This document shows positions 35,288 to 44,416 of a stretch of DNA of 64,000 nt, in pieces; positions within the stretch are counted from its first letter, which is position 1, and the number at the start of each line of letters is the position of its first letter. The position numbers and the translations under genes are program-made. Where the stretch lies: the NCBI GenBank assembly GCA_050246315.1, contig JBFWWG010000001.1:608001-672000 (forward strand), written 5' to 3'. Origin of the DNA: Nitrospiraceae bacterium (lineage in GTDB: Bacteria; Nitrospirota; Nitrospiria; Nitrospirales; Nitrospiraceae). Under the pieces are notes generated by a model. That model worked only from the letters and a program-made list of their open reading frames with translations, was not told the origin of the DNA and ran no database searches.

Positions 35288-36670
35288 ATGGTGACCGCGG
35301 ATACAAAAGGATCGGTCCTTGTCGTCGACGACGACCCGGATATGGGGTCGCTGGTTGAGGACATCATGTCGGAACGGGGGTATGCCGTCACGGTCGTGAC
35401 GAATGGACAAGACGCGCTCAAGCATCTGGGACAAGCCGACTACGAAGTGGTGCTGACCGATCTCCGCATGAAGGGAATGCAGGGGCTAGAGCTTCTCTCG
35501 GAGGTGAAGCGGTCCTATCCCCATACCAACGTCATTCTGATGACGGCCTTCGGTTCGGTCGAAACTGCCGTGGATGCCATGAAGCACGGGGCCTACGACT
35601 ACCTGACCAAACCGGTGAAATCGAACGAACTGGTCCCGACGCTGGAACGCGCGATACGGGAAGCGAGGCTCCGTCGAGAGGTGGCGGCCCTGCGCCGCGC
35701 CGTCGGCAAGGAATATAGCTTTCATCAGATTCTCGGGAAGAGCAAGGTGATGCGCGAGTTGTTCGACCTCATCCAGCGGGTCGCGGACAGCCCGACCAAC
35801 ATCCTGATATCCGGGGAAAGCGGGACCGGCAAGGAACTGGTTGCCAAGGCCATCCACTTCAACAGCGATCGGAAGAATGCCCCGTTTATTCCGGTCAACT
35901 GTGCGGCGATTCCGGAAACCCTCCTCGAAAGCGAGCTGTTCGGGTACGTGCGCGGCGCCTTCACCGACGCAAAGGCCGACAAACGCGGGCTGTTCGAGGA
36001 GGCCAACCAGGGCACGCTCTTCTTGGATGAGATTAGTGAGATTCCGACCTTACTGCAGGCCAAGTTGTTGCGGGCCATCCAAGAAAAGGAAGTTCGTCGG
36101 GTGGGCTCCGCCCGCTCGCTGTCGGTGGAGGTCCGCATCATTGCGGCGACCAACGTCAACCTGGCCGAAGAGGTCAAGGCCAGGCGGTTCCGGGAGGATC
36201 TGTACTACCGGTTGAACGTGATCGAGGTCCGCCTCCCGCCCCTGCGCGAGCGTCGGGAGGATATTCCTCTGATGGTCGAGGCGTTCCTTCAGAAATGCGC
36301 CCAGACCGCTCATCGCCCCGTGCGAGGCGTGACGGAATCGGCCTTGGCACTCCTGATCGACTACGCCTGGCCCGGCAACGTGCGCGAGCTCGAGAACGTG
36401 ATCGAGCGGGCGGTGACCCTGTCGCGAGCCGACAAGATCGGTGCTGACGATCTTCCACCCATGATTCAGGGGGCCCGAGGCGACCGTCGAGTGATCGACG
36501 AGGCGGCGGAACGCACGCTGCCGCTCCATGAAGTCGAGAAGGAGTATATTCTTCGCATTTTGGAAAAGACCGCCGGGAACAAGTATCAAGCCGCCAACAT
36601 TCTGGGGATCGACCGCAAGACGCTCTACCGCAAGCTCGGCGAAATCGAAGAGAGCAAATCACAGCATTAG
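35288..36670 (+). CDS. Sigma54-dependent response regulator (REC-AAA+-Fis HTH; NtrC/AtoC family)
   Basis: VVDDD, TDLRM, GESGTGKE, ESELFG..RGAFTDA, WPGNVRELEN, AANILGIDRKTLYRKL. Confidence 0.95.
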   Translation: MVTADTKGSVLVVDDDPDMGSLVEDIMSERGYAVTVVTNGQDALKHLGQADYEVVLTDLRMKGMQGLELLSEVKRSYPHTNVILMTAFGSVETAVDAMKHGAYDYLTKPVKSNELVPTLERAIREARLRREVAALRRAVGKEYSFHQILGKSKVMRELFDLIQRVADSPTNILISGESGTGKELVAKAIHFNSDRKNAPFIPVNCAAIPETLLESELFGYVRGAFTDAKADKRGLFEEANQGTLFLDEISEIPTLLQAKLLRAIQEKEVRRVGSARSLSVEVRIIAATNVNLAEEVKARRFREDLYYRLNVIEVRLPPLRERREDIPLMVEAFLQKCAQTAHRPVRGVTESALALLIDYAWPGNVRELENVIERAVTLSRADKIGADDLPPMIQGARGDRRVIDEAAERTLPLHEVEKEYILRILEKTAGNKYQAANILGIDRKTLYRKLGEIEESKSQH

Positions 36671-36722
36671 CCCGTCCCTGCACGTCTGCACGCCCGCCCG
36701 GCCGAGGATAGGAAGCCACCGC

Positions 36723-38909
36723 ATGAAGCCCGAATCGGCGCTTCAAATCGGCACCGTGATCCTTCTCACCGGGGCCGTCTTCGCCTTGGACCTCATCACC
36801 CCGCGGGCCTGGGCGGTCCCCATCCTGTACCTGCTGCCGCTGTTCCTGAGCTATGACTTCCCCCGTCCCCGGCTCGTGTTCGAAGTCTGTCTCTTGATGA
36901 CCCTGCTCTCGGTAGTCGGGTATCTTTTGTCGGAGCCGGCGCTTGATCCGCGGGCGGCGCAATTCAACCGACTCACGACGATCGCAGTGCTATGGACAGC
37001 GGCCATCGGCATGCAGAGCCGGAAGCGTGCCGTCGGAATGGCGGCGGCCGAAGCCGAGCGGCGTAAGCGGGAGGCGGAACGGGCTGCAGAGCAGTTTCAA
37101 TTGTTGGTGGAATCGACGCCAAGCGGCCTGTTGCTTGTGGACCAAAATGGGCGTGTCGAGATGATCAATCAGGTGGTGGAACGGCTCTTCGGGTACGAGC
37201 GGGCCGAGCTGATTGGGCAATCGGTGGACGTGCTGGTCCCCGAACAGGTCCGGCCGGAGCATGTGGTGGAGCGGGAGCGGTTCATGCGGGCGCCCAGCGC
37301 CCGCCGGATGGGGAAAGGGCGGGACCTGCAGGGTCGCCGAAAGGATGGGACAGTATTCCCGGTCGAAATCGGGTTGAGCCCGATTCGGACAGCGGAAGGT
37401 CTACGAGTCCTTGCCGTCGTGGTGGATATTACGGAGCGCAAGCAGGCCGAGCAGCTCCTGAACCAAAGGGAAGAACAATACCGGCGATTGGTCGAAGTGT
37501 CGCCGGTCGCCATCCTGATCAGTCGCGGCAATCGGGTGGTGTTCATCAATGAGCAAGGCGTGAAACTGTTTGGAGCCGACCGAACCGAGCAGCTCATCGG
37601 GAAGTCCCTGTCCTCGCTGTTTCATCCCGAGGACCATGCCGTGATACAAGAACGGATCCACGGATTAGTGGAGGGGATACGGACGGTCCCCTTGGTCGAG
37701 GAACGGATCATCCGACTGGATGGATCGAGCGCGGATGTGGAAGTGACGGCGGCGCGATTCGTCGACCACGACGGCCCGGCGATCCAGGTCGTGCTGCGCG
37801 ACATCACGGACCGCAAGCGCGCGGAGGAAGCGTTGCGTGCGAGCGAGGAACGCTTCAAAGCTTTCATGGACCATAGTCCCGCCATGGCCTATATGAAGGA
37901 TGAGCAAGGCCGATATGTCTACATGAACGAACCGTTCGAACGCCTGTTGTCCGAGCTGAGCAACCGAGAGTTCGTGGAGTGGGAAGGGAAGACCGACGAG
38001 GCCTTCTGGCCGGCGGAGACCGCCCGACAGTTTCGGGCGAACGATGCGGAGGTGTTGTCGGCGAACAAGCCCGCGACGAAGGTTGAGCAGACGGTCGATC
38101 TCCGAGGGGGCACACAACATTGGCTCTCCTTCAAATTCCCGCTGGTGGACCCGCAGGGGACCACATATCTGGCCGGCGTATCCGTGAATGTGACCGAGGA
38201 GAAGCGACTGGAGGCGCAGTTGCGAAAAACGGAACGGATTGCGGAGCTGGGCACGCTGGCATCCGGGATGGCCCATGAAATCGGAACCCCGATGAACGTG
38301 ATTCTCGGCCGGGCCGAGTACTTGCTGCAGAAAACCGCGGATGAAACCATCAAGAAGGGGTTGACCACGATCATCACACAGGTCGAACGGATCACGAGGG
38401 TGATGAACCAGCTGCTCGCGTTCGCCCGCCGCAAGCCGCGGGAACGTGGTCCGGTCGAGCTCAAGGAACTGATCGAAGACGGCCTGGACATGTTTCACGA
38501 ACGCTTGAGCCGTCACCATATCGTCGTCGAGTGGACGGTGGACGGGTCGCTCCCGACGATGATCGCCGATCGGGATCAGTTGATGCAGGTGTTGATCAAT
38601 CTGGTCGCCAACAGCCTGCACGCGATGGATCAGGGAGGGACGTTGCGGGTCGTCGCGACGAGGGTGGGTGACCAAGCGCGTCTGGAGATCGGCGATACGG
38701 GCCGAGGCATTCCACCCGATGTCCAGTCCAAGGTGTTCGATCCCTTTTTTACGACCAAAGAATTCGGAAAGGGAACGGGTCTCGGTCTGACCGTGGTTAA
38801 GGGGATCGTCGAGGAACACGGCGGGAGCATCTCGATGGACAGCCGGGTCGGTGAGGGCACGACCGTCACGATCCTCCTGCCTCTTGATCCGGATCAGAAG
38901 CCGAGCTAA
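36723..38909 (+). CDS. Membrane sensor histidine kinase with three PAS domains
   Basis: N-terminal TM segments; FixL-like PAS (H...F...RRMG.GRDL.GRRKDG.FPVEI); H-box AHEIGTPM; G boxes DTGRGI, PFFTTK, GTGLGL. Confidence 0.93.
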   Translation: MKPESALQIGTVILLTGAVFALDLITPRAWAVPILYLLPLFLSYDFPRPRLVFEVCLLMTLLSVVGYLLSEPALDPRAAQFNRLTTIAVLWTAAIGMQSRKRAVGMAAAEAERRKREAERAAEQFQLLVESTPSGLLLVDQNGRVEMINQVVERLFGYERAELIGQSVDVLVPEQVRPEHVVERERFMRAPSARRMGKGRDLQGRRKDGTVFPVEIGLSPIRTAEGLRVLAVVVDITERKQAEQLLNQREEQYRRLVEVSPVAILISRGNRVVFINEQGVKLFGADRTEQLIGKSLSSLFHPEDHAVIQERIHGLVEGIRTVPLVEERIIRLDGSSADVEVTAARFVDHDGPAIQVVLRDITDRKRAEEALRASEERFKAFMDHSPAMAYMKDEQGRYVYMNEPFERLLSELSNREFVEWEGKTDEAFWPAETARQFRANDAEVLSANKPATKVEQTVDLRGGTQHWLSFKFPLVDPQGTTYLAGVSVNVTEEKRLEAQLRKTERIAELGTLASGMAHEIGTPMNVILGRAEYLLQKTADETIKKGLTTIITQVERITRVMNQLLAFARRKPRERGPVELKELIEDGLDMFHERLSRHHIVVEWTVDGSLPTMIADRDQLMQVLINLVANSLHAMDQGGTLRVVATRVGDQARLEIGDTGRGIPPDVQSKVFDPFFTTKEFGKGTGLGLTVVKGIVEEHGGSISMDSRVGEGTTVTILLPLDPDQKPS

Positions 38910-38949
38910 GACCGGCAACTCGACCAGTCTGCCCAGTCTCAAGCCCTCC

Positions 38950-38999
38950 TGGCGCAATCTGCGACAGGCGCTGCATGAACAATGTCGCGCTTGTCATCA
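38950..38999. promoter_or_regulatory. Candidate enhancer-binding-protein UAS
   Basis: TGGCGCA-ATC-TGCGACA palindrome plus a TGTCGC half-site, ~110-150 bp upstream of the sigma54 promoter at 39102. Confidence 0.45.
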
Positions 39000-39101
39000 G
39001 TCAAGCCGGTTGTCCCGATTGGGCGAGCCATGCAAGTCATAGAAAACACGAGACTATTGTTTGGGATCGCGTCGTGTCGAGAGGAGTGGCCGTCAGCGAC
39101 G

Positions 39102-39118
39102 CTGGCACTTTCCTTGCG
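39102..39118 (+). promoter_or_regulatory. Sigma54 (-24/-12) promoter
   Basis: CTGGCAC-TTTCC-TTGCG matches TGGCAC-N5-TTGC. Confidence 0.75.
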
Positions 39119-39202
39119 AGACCCTGTCATCCAGAATTGCTCTCATCCAGCAGCATTCGAAATGACCGGGAGTGCGCCTCGGTCGAGAGAGGGAGAGGGA
39201 CA

Positions 39203-39577
39203 GTGCGCGTCCTGCTGATCGTGGAAGATGACAGGGAGATGCGCAGCTTGCTCTGTGACGGGCTGTGGGACCTGGGGTTGTCGATTCGTGAAGCCGCGGA
39301 CGGCGACGAAGCACTGCGGGTGGTGCTCGAATCCTGTCCGGACGTGATTATTACCGATTTGCGGATGCCGGCGGGGGGGCTCGATTACGTGGCGCGGCTT
39401 CGTACCTTCGTGCCGCAGGCACCCATCATTCTCATGACCTCATTTGGGGACGCCCAAACCAAGGCCGAGGCCCTCGCTTTGGGCGTCTCTGCCTACTTCG
39501 ACAAACCGCTTCGGATGAGCGAGCTTCGGGCCAAGGTGCAGGAGATCTTGGGGCCTTTTTCGGTTCCGTTGTCGTAG
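39203..39577 (+). CDS. Stand-alone receiver-domain response regulator
   Basis: LLIVEDD, DVIITDLRMP, ILMTSFG, YFDKP; GTG start with purine-rich SD. Confidence 0.88.
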   Translation: MRVLLIVEDDREMRSLLCDGLWDLGLSIREAADGDEALRVVLESCPDVIITDLRMPAGGLDYVARLRTFVPQAPIILMTSFGDAQTKAEALALGVSAYFDKPLRMSELRAKVQEILGPFSVPLS

Positions 39578-39658
39578 GAGACAGGATGTAGCCCGATCTC
39601 GATCAAGCCCGAATCAGCCATTCATTCGCAGTAAGCAGTGGCGTATAATAGGGGCGCC

Positions 39659-41062
39659 ATGGCCGGAAGCTCCCCTGACATGTCCGACACCCCCATCGAT
39701 CCAGTCCTTGCGGCGCGAGTCGAAGCGATCCGCGCGTTGGCTGACCATCAAAGCGAACGGGTGATGGTCGTCAGCCCGAACCTGACGGTGATCTATGCCA
39801 ACCACGCCGCATGGCCGACTGGAGAAGTGCCGATCACTTCTTCGAAACCCACCAAGTGCTACGAAGCCATACTCCATCGACAGGTCCCCTGCAGTGCTTG
39901 CCCGGTGACGGAAGTCTTCGCGTCGGGCGAGGTGAAATCGGTGGCCTGTTCGGCCGGAGGGGTGAGACACGCCTGCGGGATGTCTCAGGCCTATCCGCTG
40001 AAGGCCAGTACTGGCCGGACCGATTCCGTCCTGGTCCTCTTCCGCGACGTACGAGATTCGGATGCCGGTGCTCAGACGGTCACAGATCGCCCCGGGTCTG
40101 TGTCGAATGAGCCGCAGGGTGCGGGGCTCGGTGACCTGGTGGGTCGCGGGCCCGCCATGCGAAAGCTGTTCGATACGATCACGCTCGTGGCCAACAGCCA
40201 GGCCACGGTGCTGCTTCAAGGAGAGAGCGGAAGCGGGAAGGAACTGGTCGCCCGCACCATCCACCGCCTCAGCCCTCGTCGGGAGAAGCCGCTGGTGGTT
40301 GTGGAGTGCAGCTCCCTGCCCGAGACGCTGCTCGAAAGCGAGCTGTTCGGTCACGTCAAGGGCGCCTTCACCGGAGCGGTGACGACGAGGCGCGGCCTGT
40401 TCGAAGAGGCCGACGGTGGCACGATCTTCCTGGATGAAATTGCCGATACCACGCTGACCTTTCAAGCCAAGCTGTTGCGTGTGCTGCAAGAAGGGGAGGT
40501 CAAACCGGTCGGGAGCAGCCGATCGGTGAAGGTGGACGTGCGGGTCGTCTCCGCCACCAATAAGAGCCTGTTCGACCTGGTGAAGGCGAAGCAGTTCCGT
40601 GAAGACCTCTATTACCGCTTGGCTGTGCTGCCGATCTTCATGCCGCCGCTCCGCCACCGGGCCGAAGATATCCCGCTGCTGATCGATCGGTTTGTGGCCC
40701 AAACAAGCCGGCGGCATAACCGTCCATGCAAGCCGGTGACCCAGGAGGCGGCGGAGGCCCTCGCGGCCCATGAATGGCCGGGGAACGTGCGCGAGTTGCT
40801 GAATCTGGTGGAGCGGGTGGTCGTCACGGCCAAGGGGGACCGGTTGACCCTGGAAGACTTTTTCGGCCCGGCCGCGGCGTCGCCCGGCTTACAGGACCTG
40901 CGGACGGTTGTGCGCGACGTCGCCTCCCAGACGGAGCGGACCAAAATCGTGGAAGCACTGGCGCAGGCCGATGGAAACCGCGTCAGGGCCGCGAAGCTGC
41001 TCAACATCAGCCGTGCAAGTCTCTATAACAAACTCCGCGTCTATGGCCTGGCCGACGCATAG
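39659..41062 (+). CDS. Sigma54 enhancer-binding protein with a Cys-rich PAS-like input domain
   Basis: KCYE..PCSACP..C..HAC in the N-terminus; GESGSGKE, GHVKGAFTGA, WPGNVREL, AAKLLNISRASLYNKL. Confidence 0.92.
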   Translation: MAGSSPDMSDTPIDPVLAARVEAIRALADHQSERVMVVSPNLTVIYANHAAWPTGEVPITSSKPTKCYEAILHRQVPCSACPVTEVFASGEVKSVACSAGGVRHACGMSQAYPLKASTGRTDSVLVLFRDVRDSDAGAQTVTDRPGSVSNEPQGAGLGDLVGRGPAMRKLFDTITLVANSQATVLLQGESGSGKELVARTIHRLSPRREKPLVVVECSSLPETLLESELFGHVKGAFTGAVTTRRGLFEEADGGTIFLDEIADTTLTFQAKLLRVLQEGEVKPVGSSRSVKVDVRVVSATNKSLFDLVKAKQFREDLYYRLAVLPIFMPPLRHRAEDIPLLIDRFVAQTSRRHNRPCKPVTQEAAEALAAHEWPGNVRELLNLVERVVVTAKGDRLTLEDFFGPAAASPGLQDLRTVVRDVASQTERTKIVEALAQADGNRVRAAKLLNISRASLYNKLRVYGLADA

Positions 41063-41092
41063 CCGGAGGTTGAAAAAGCCCGCCAGCGTTGG
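41063..41092 (+). repeat. GTTGAAAAAGCCCGCCAGC repeat directly after a TAG stop
   Basis: TAG-CCGGAGGTTGAAAAAGCCCGCCAGCGTT; same family as 9062 and 14414. Confidence 0.6.
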
Positions 41093-41154
41093 TTGGGGCA
41101 CCCATTGCCGACCTTTCCTGATGCAATGGGTCTTACGCGAAGCGGCTCGAGCTT

Positions 41155-41667
41155 TCAGTCCTTCAGCCCGACCATGAACTCACTGAATTGTCGGTTCTGC
41201 AGAACGCCTCCGCCGGGGTGAAACAGCACGACCTGGCCTTCGGCGTTCAGCAGCACATAGGTCGGCGTCGCGTTGATCTTGAACGATTGCGCCACCCACC
41301 GGTCTTCATCGTAGGCGGTCGGGAAGACAAAGGTGTCGGGCCGCCCCTTCACGAATTGCTCGACATTCGTTCTCGTGTCCGCAAATCCGATCGACAGGAT
41401 GCGGAGCGGCGCCGGCTTGCCGCGCCGAGAGAATTCCCCGAGCAGCGGCAAGTCGCGTTGACAGACTCTGCACCAGGGTGCCCAGAAGACTAGCAGAACC
41501 GGCCGTCCCTTGAGCGACTCGTTGCTGTAGGCCTGGCCCGCGAACGTCACCAGTTCGAAGGACGGCGCCGGTGAGTTCAAGGTCGCCGCCTCCGATTCCG
41601 TCGGAATGCAAAGTGCGAATAGACACGCGACAATGCTGAGGCTGATCCAACGCATGGTGACGCTCAT
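41155..41667 (-). CDS. TlpA/redoxin-family exported thiol-disulfide oxidoreductase
   Basis: Signal peptide; APSFEL, LKGRPVLLVFWAPWCRVC, cis-Pro ATPT. Confidence 0.88.
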   Translation of the reverse strand: MSVTMRWISLSIVACLFALCIPTESEAATLNSPAPSFELVTFAGQAYSNESLKGRPVLLVFWAPWCRVCQRDLPLLGEFSRRGKPAPLRILSIGFADTRTNVEQFVKGRPDTFVFPTAYDEDRWVAQSFKINATPTYVLLNAEGQVVLFHPGGGVLQNRQFSEFMVGLKD

Positions 41668-41669
41668 CC

Positions 41670-42149
41670 TCAAGGCTTGATGTACAGATAGCCCTCTCTC
41701 TGTAAGTCCGCGATCCGCTTGACCGCGACCGGATGTAACGTGGCGACAAAGCCCTTCGCCAACTTGTCGATGGTCTTGCCGAACATCTTCATCGAGACTT
41801 GACACATCTCCGCCTTGGCCCCTTTCTCGATGATCTGATCGAACCGTTTCGTCATCTCCGGGTCCATCGTATCCTTCTCGAACAATTCGAGCGCCGGGCC
41901 GTGCACGACCAACTCGACATCGATCTTGTCCGGACCGCCTTCGGCGTCGATATGTTTGTTGATGAGCGCCAGCGCATACTTGGCCACCTCGGGGTCCTTG
42001 CCGTCCACATGATACAGCACCTTGACCTTCTCCTTTGGCGCGTCCGCCGCCAAGGCGTGGCTTGGGGCCAAGGATGTCAAGGCCATGAAGGCCGCTGCCA
42101 CTACTATCATTGTGATGCATAACTGGTTCCTTCTCGATTTCGTCACCAT
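41670..42149 (-). CDS. Exported DsrE/DsrF-like protein
   Basis: Signal peptide; KVLYHVD, ELVVHGPAL, AEMCQVSM, LQREGYLYIKP. Confidence 0.85.
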   Translation of the reverse strand: MVTKSRRNQLCITMIVVAAAFMALTSLAPSHALAADAPKEKVKVLYHVDGKDPEVAKYALALINKHIDAEGGPDKIDVELVVHGPALELFEKDTMDPEMTKRFDQIIEKGAKAEMCQVSMKMFGKTIDKLAKGFVATLHPVAVKRIADLQREGYLYIKP

Positions 42150-42471
42150 GGCTCTCTCCTCTCCATATGAAGGGTCATAATCCCTGCCCGCTCAGGTTCA
42201 TGCATAGATTGTAGTCGCCAATGCTCAGCAGAATACAGAGGATGAGCACGGCGGGAGGAAACTATTCTTCCCCTAGCCGATAGGGGAGAGCACCCCTATC
42301 GGCAATAACCGCGGATGTTGCAGAGAGATCAAACGGTTCACAGTGATGAGGGCAACACCAGATCTCTCGATGCAAGACAAGACTGGTACTCCAAGCCATG
42401 GGTCGGTGGCGCGTCAGGTCGGGAGGCGAGAAGTGGGCTATCTCAGTATAGAGTAGGACTGCTGCCACGTC

Positions 42472-42920
42472 CTATGTGGCTGGCTCTGCACTTGTTGTTT
42501 CTGGAAATTCAGGTAGGTCTAGGCAAGTCTTGTGGTAGGGTCGATCGCCAAAGAATTTCTTCCATTCGTCCTCCTTCGAAAAGTTTCGGTTGGCCATTTT
42601 GCACGCCCGTTCTTTTAGCGATCCAGGATCAAAATCCCACAAGCGGATGCTCCCATCGAAACTCGCAGAGGCAAGCGTGCGGCCATTTGGGCTGAAGGTG
42701 ACGCTTGACACCGTCTTAGTATGGCCTTCGAGGAGAGGTTTGAGGGGTTGGCGGATTTTCACATCCCACAAGCGAACAGTCATGTCTGAACTCGCAGAGG
42801 CAAGGGTACGGCCATCGGGACTGAAAGCGACGCTGAGCACGCTGCTGGTATGACCGGCAAGGGAACCAGTAGGTTGTCTTGTTTTACTATCCCACAAGCG
42901 AACAGTCTTATCGAGACTCG
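42472..42920 (-). pseudogene. 3' remnant of a WD40-repeat protein (C-terminus typical of STAND-NTPase-WD40 proteins), truncated by the RAYT element
   Basis: GHTSSVLSVAFSPDGRTLASASSDMTVRLWD repeats; tail RACKMANRNFS..EWKKFFGDRPYHKTC; frame breaks mid-repeat (SLDKTVRLWD) at ~42920. Confidence 0.85.
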
Positions 42921-43850
42921 TGAGGGTCTATATGAGGGTCAGCATATATGAGGGTCATGTCTTGTAATCACGCAAGACGTTGGCTACATTGGCGCGTCTA
43001 TGGCACGGCCATAGCGCATTGAGTACGCCGGGGCGGTCTATCATGTCACGAGTCGCGGGAACGCGCGGCAGGATGTGGTGGCAGACGACCGAGATCGGGT
43101 CACCTTCCTCGCGCTGCTCGCTCACGTGGTCCATCGCTTTGCATGGCGCTGCCATGCCTATTGCCTGATGGACAATCACTATCATCTCCTTATCGAAACA
43201 CCGCAGCCCAACCTCTCACGGGGTATGCGCCAACTAAATGGACGCTATACCCAAGACCTATAACCGGAAACATCATCGTGTGGGGCATCTGTTCCAGGGG
43301 CGCTTCACCGCGATTCTCGTGGAGAAAGACGCGCATCTCCTCGAGCTCTGTCGCTATGTGGTCCTCAATCCCGTGCGAGCGAGCCTAGTCCCCCATCCGC
43401 GGCTATGGCCGTGGAGTAGTTATCGTGGCACAGTGGGCGAGACGCACGCTCCCCTTTGGCTGACGACAGACTGGATTTTGGGTCAGTTTGGCCAACGAGT
43501 CGGGCCGGCACAAGAGAAGTATCGCTCCTTTGTCGCCGAAGGACGGGGCGGACCCCGGCCGTGGGAGCAGTTGAGGGGGCAGATCTATCTGGGCTCGGAC
43601 AAGTTCATTGCCACCCATCAACCGGATCGGCCTATCCGCGAGATCCCGCGCCGTCAGACACAAGCCCAGCGGCCTTCCTTACAGACGTTATTTCATCGAC
43701 AAAGCGGGACGGCGCGGCAGATCGCTGTGGCCTACCGACGCTATGGTTATCGGCTGACGGAGATCGCGGACCATTTGGGCGTACACTACGCGACGGTGAG
43801 TCGCCGGCTGAGGCAAGTCGAGAGGGAGGATGTGTGATTGCAAGACCCCA
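42920..43850. mobile_element. RAYT (IS200/IS605-superfamily Y1) element with flanking inverted REP-like ends
   Basis: Left GGGTCATGTCTTGTAATCACGCA, preceded by tandem TGAGGGTC repeats; right TGTGTGATTGCAAGACCCC. Confidence 0.75.
43000..43837 (+). pseudogene. REP-associated tyrosine transposase (RAYT) with C-terminal HTH; nonsense codon 5 and frameshift near 43258
   Basis: MARP*RIEYAGAVYHVTSRGN, AYCLMDNHYHLL (HUH), GHLFQGRF, RYVVLNPVRA, WSSY; TAG at 43012-43014. Confidence 0.9.
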
Positions 43851-43952
43851 CAAGGGAAAATAATCAGCCACACCAAAGGAAGTGAGAATCCTCGCCGGGC
43901 CATCGTAGCATGACCGGATCTGTCCCTTCCCGCCCCATTTGAGATCTCCAAA

Positions 43953-44037
43953 TGTCCAAAGAAATAGACAGTCTAACCGCTTGAAATCTGGTAGAGCGGC
44001 TTTGGTTTCCTGCCCGCACTGTCTAACCGTTTGGAAA
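43953..44037. promoter_or_regulatory. Candidate EBP binding sites (UAS) for the MCO promoter
   Basis: TGTCCA-N6-TAGACA (43953-43970), GTCTAACCGCTTGAAA, TGTCTA-N6-TGGAAA (44020-44037). Confidence 0.55.
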
Positions 44038-44136
44038 TCGCGAGAGCCGAATTCGGTTGGAATCGCGTGATCCGAACGGACCTAACTATTGGTTTTGTCT
44101 GAACAAAGTCATGGGCTGTGGTATCCAACGCCGAGA

Positions 44137-44153
44137 TCGGCACGCAGATTGCG
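44137..44153 (+). promoter_or_regulatory. Sigma54 (-24/-12) promoter of the multicopper oxidase cluster
   Basis: TCGGCACG-CAGA-TTGCG. Confidence 0.7.
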
Positions 44154-44416
44154 CTAAGCCCAAGCCGCCGGTGGAGGTATGGGTGATTAGGACCGGCCTC
44201 CGAATGACCCTGCCCATCACGCGATGGGACCCTCCACCGGCATTAACCGATGATCTCGTGAGGCGCCCAGGGTCAACAGGGAGACGGAACCGACCTGGAG
44301 CGAGACACGGACCAGAGTAGAGGCAGGGTGGAGAGGCAGACAGGGAAGGGTTGCGATCCAAGTCCATACAACCGACCGCGATGTCGCGGTCTTTTTCAAC
44401 ACAAGGAGGCCGTCGT

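Noticed and set aside
38975..39202. N-terminal extension of the receiver protein (200-aa ORF)
   Set aside because: The region contains the sigma54 promoter and UAS; the REC domain starts at GTG 39203.
43001..43016. TGGCACG-N4-TAGC as a sigma54 promoter
   Set aside because: It coincides with the first codons of the RAYT gene (ATG GCA CGG CCA TAG) and the -12 element is imperfect.
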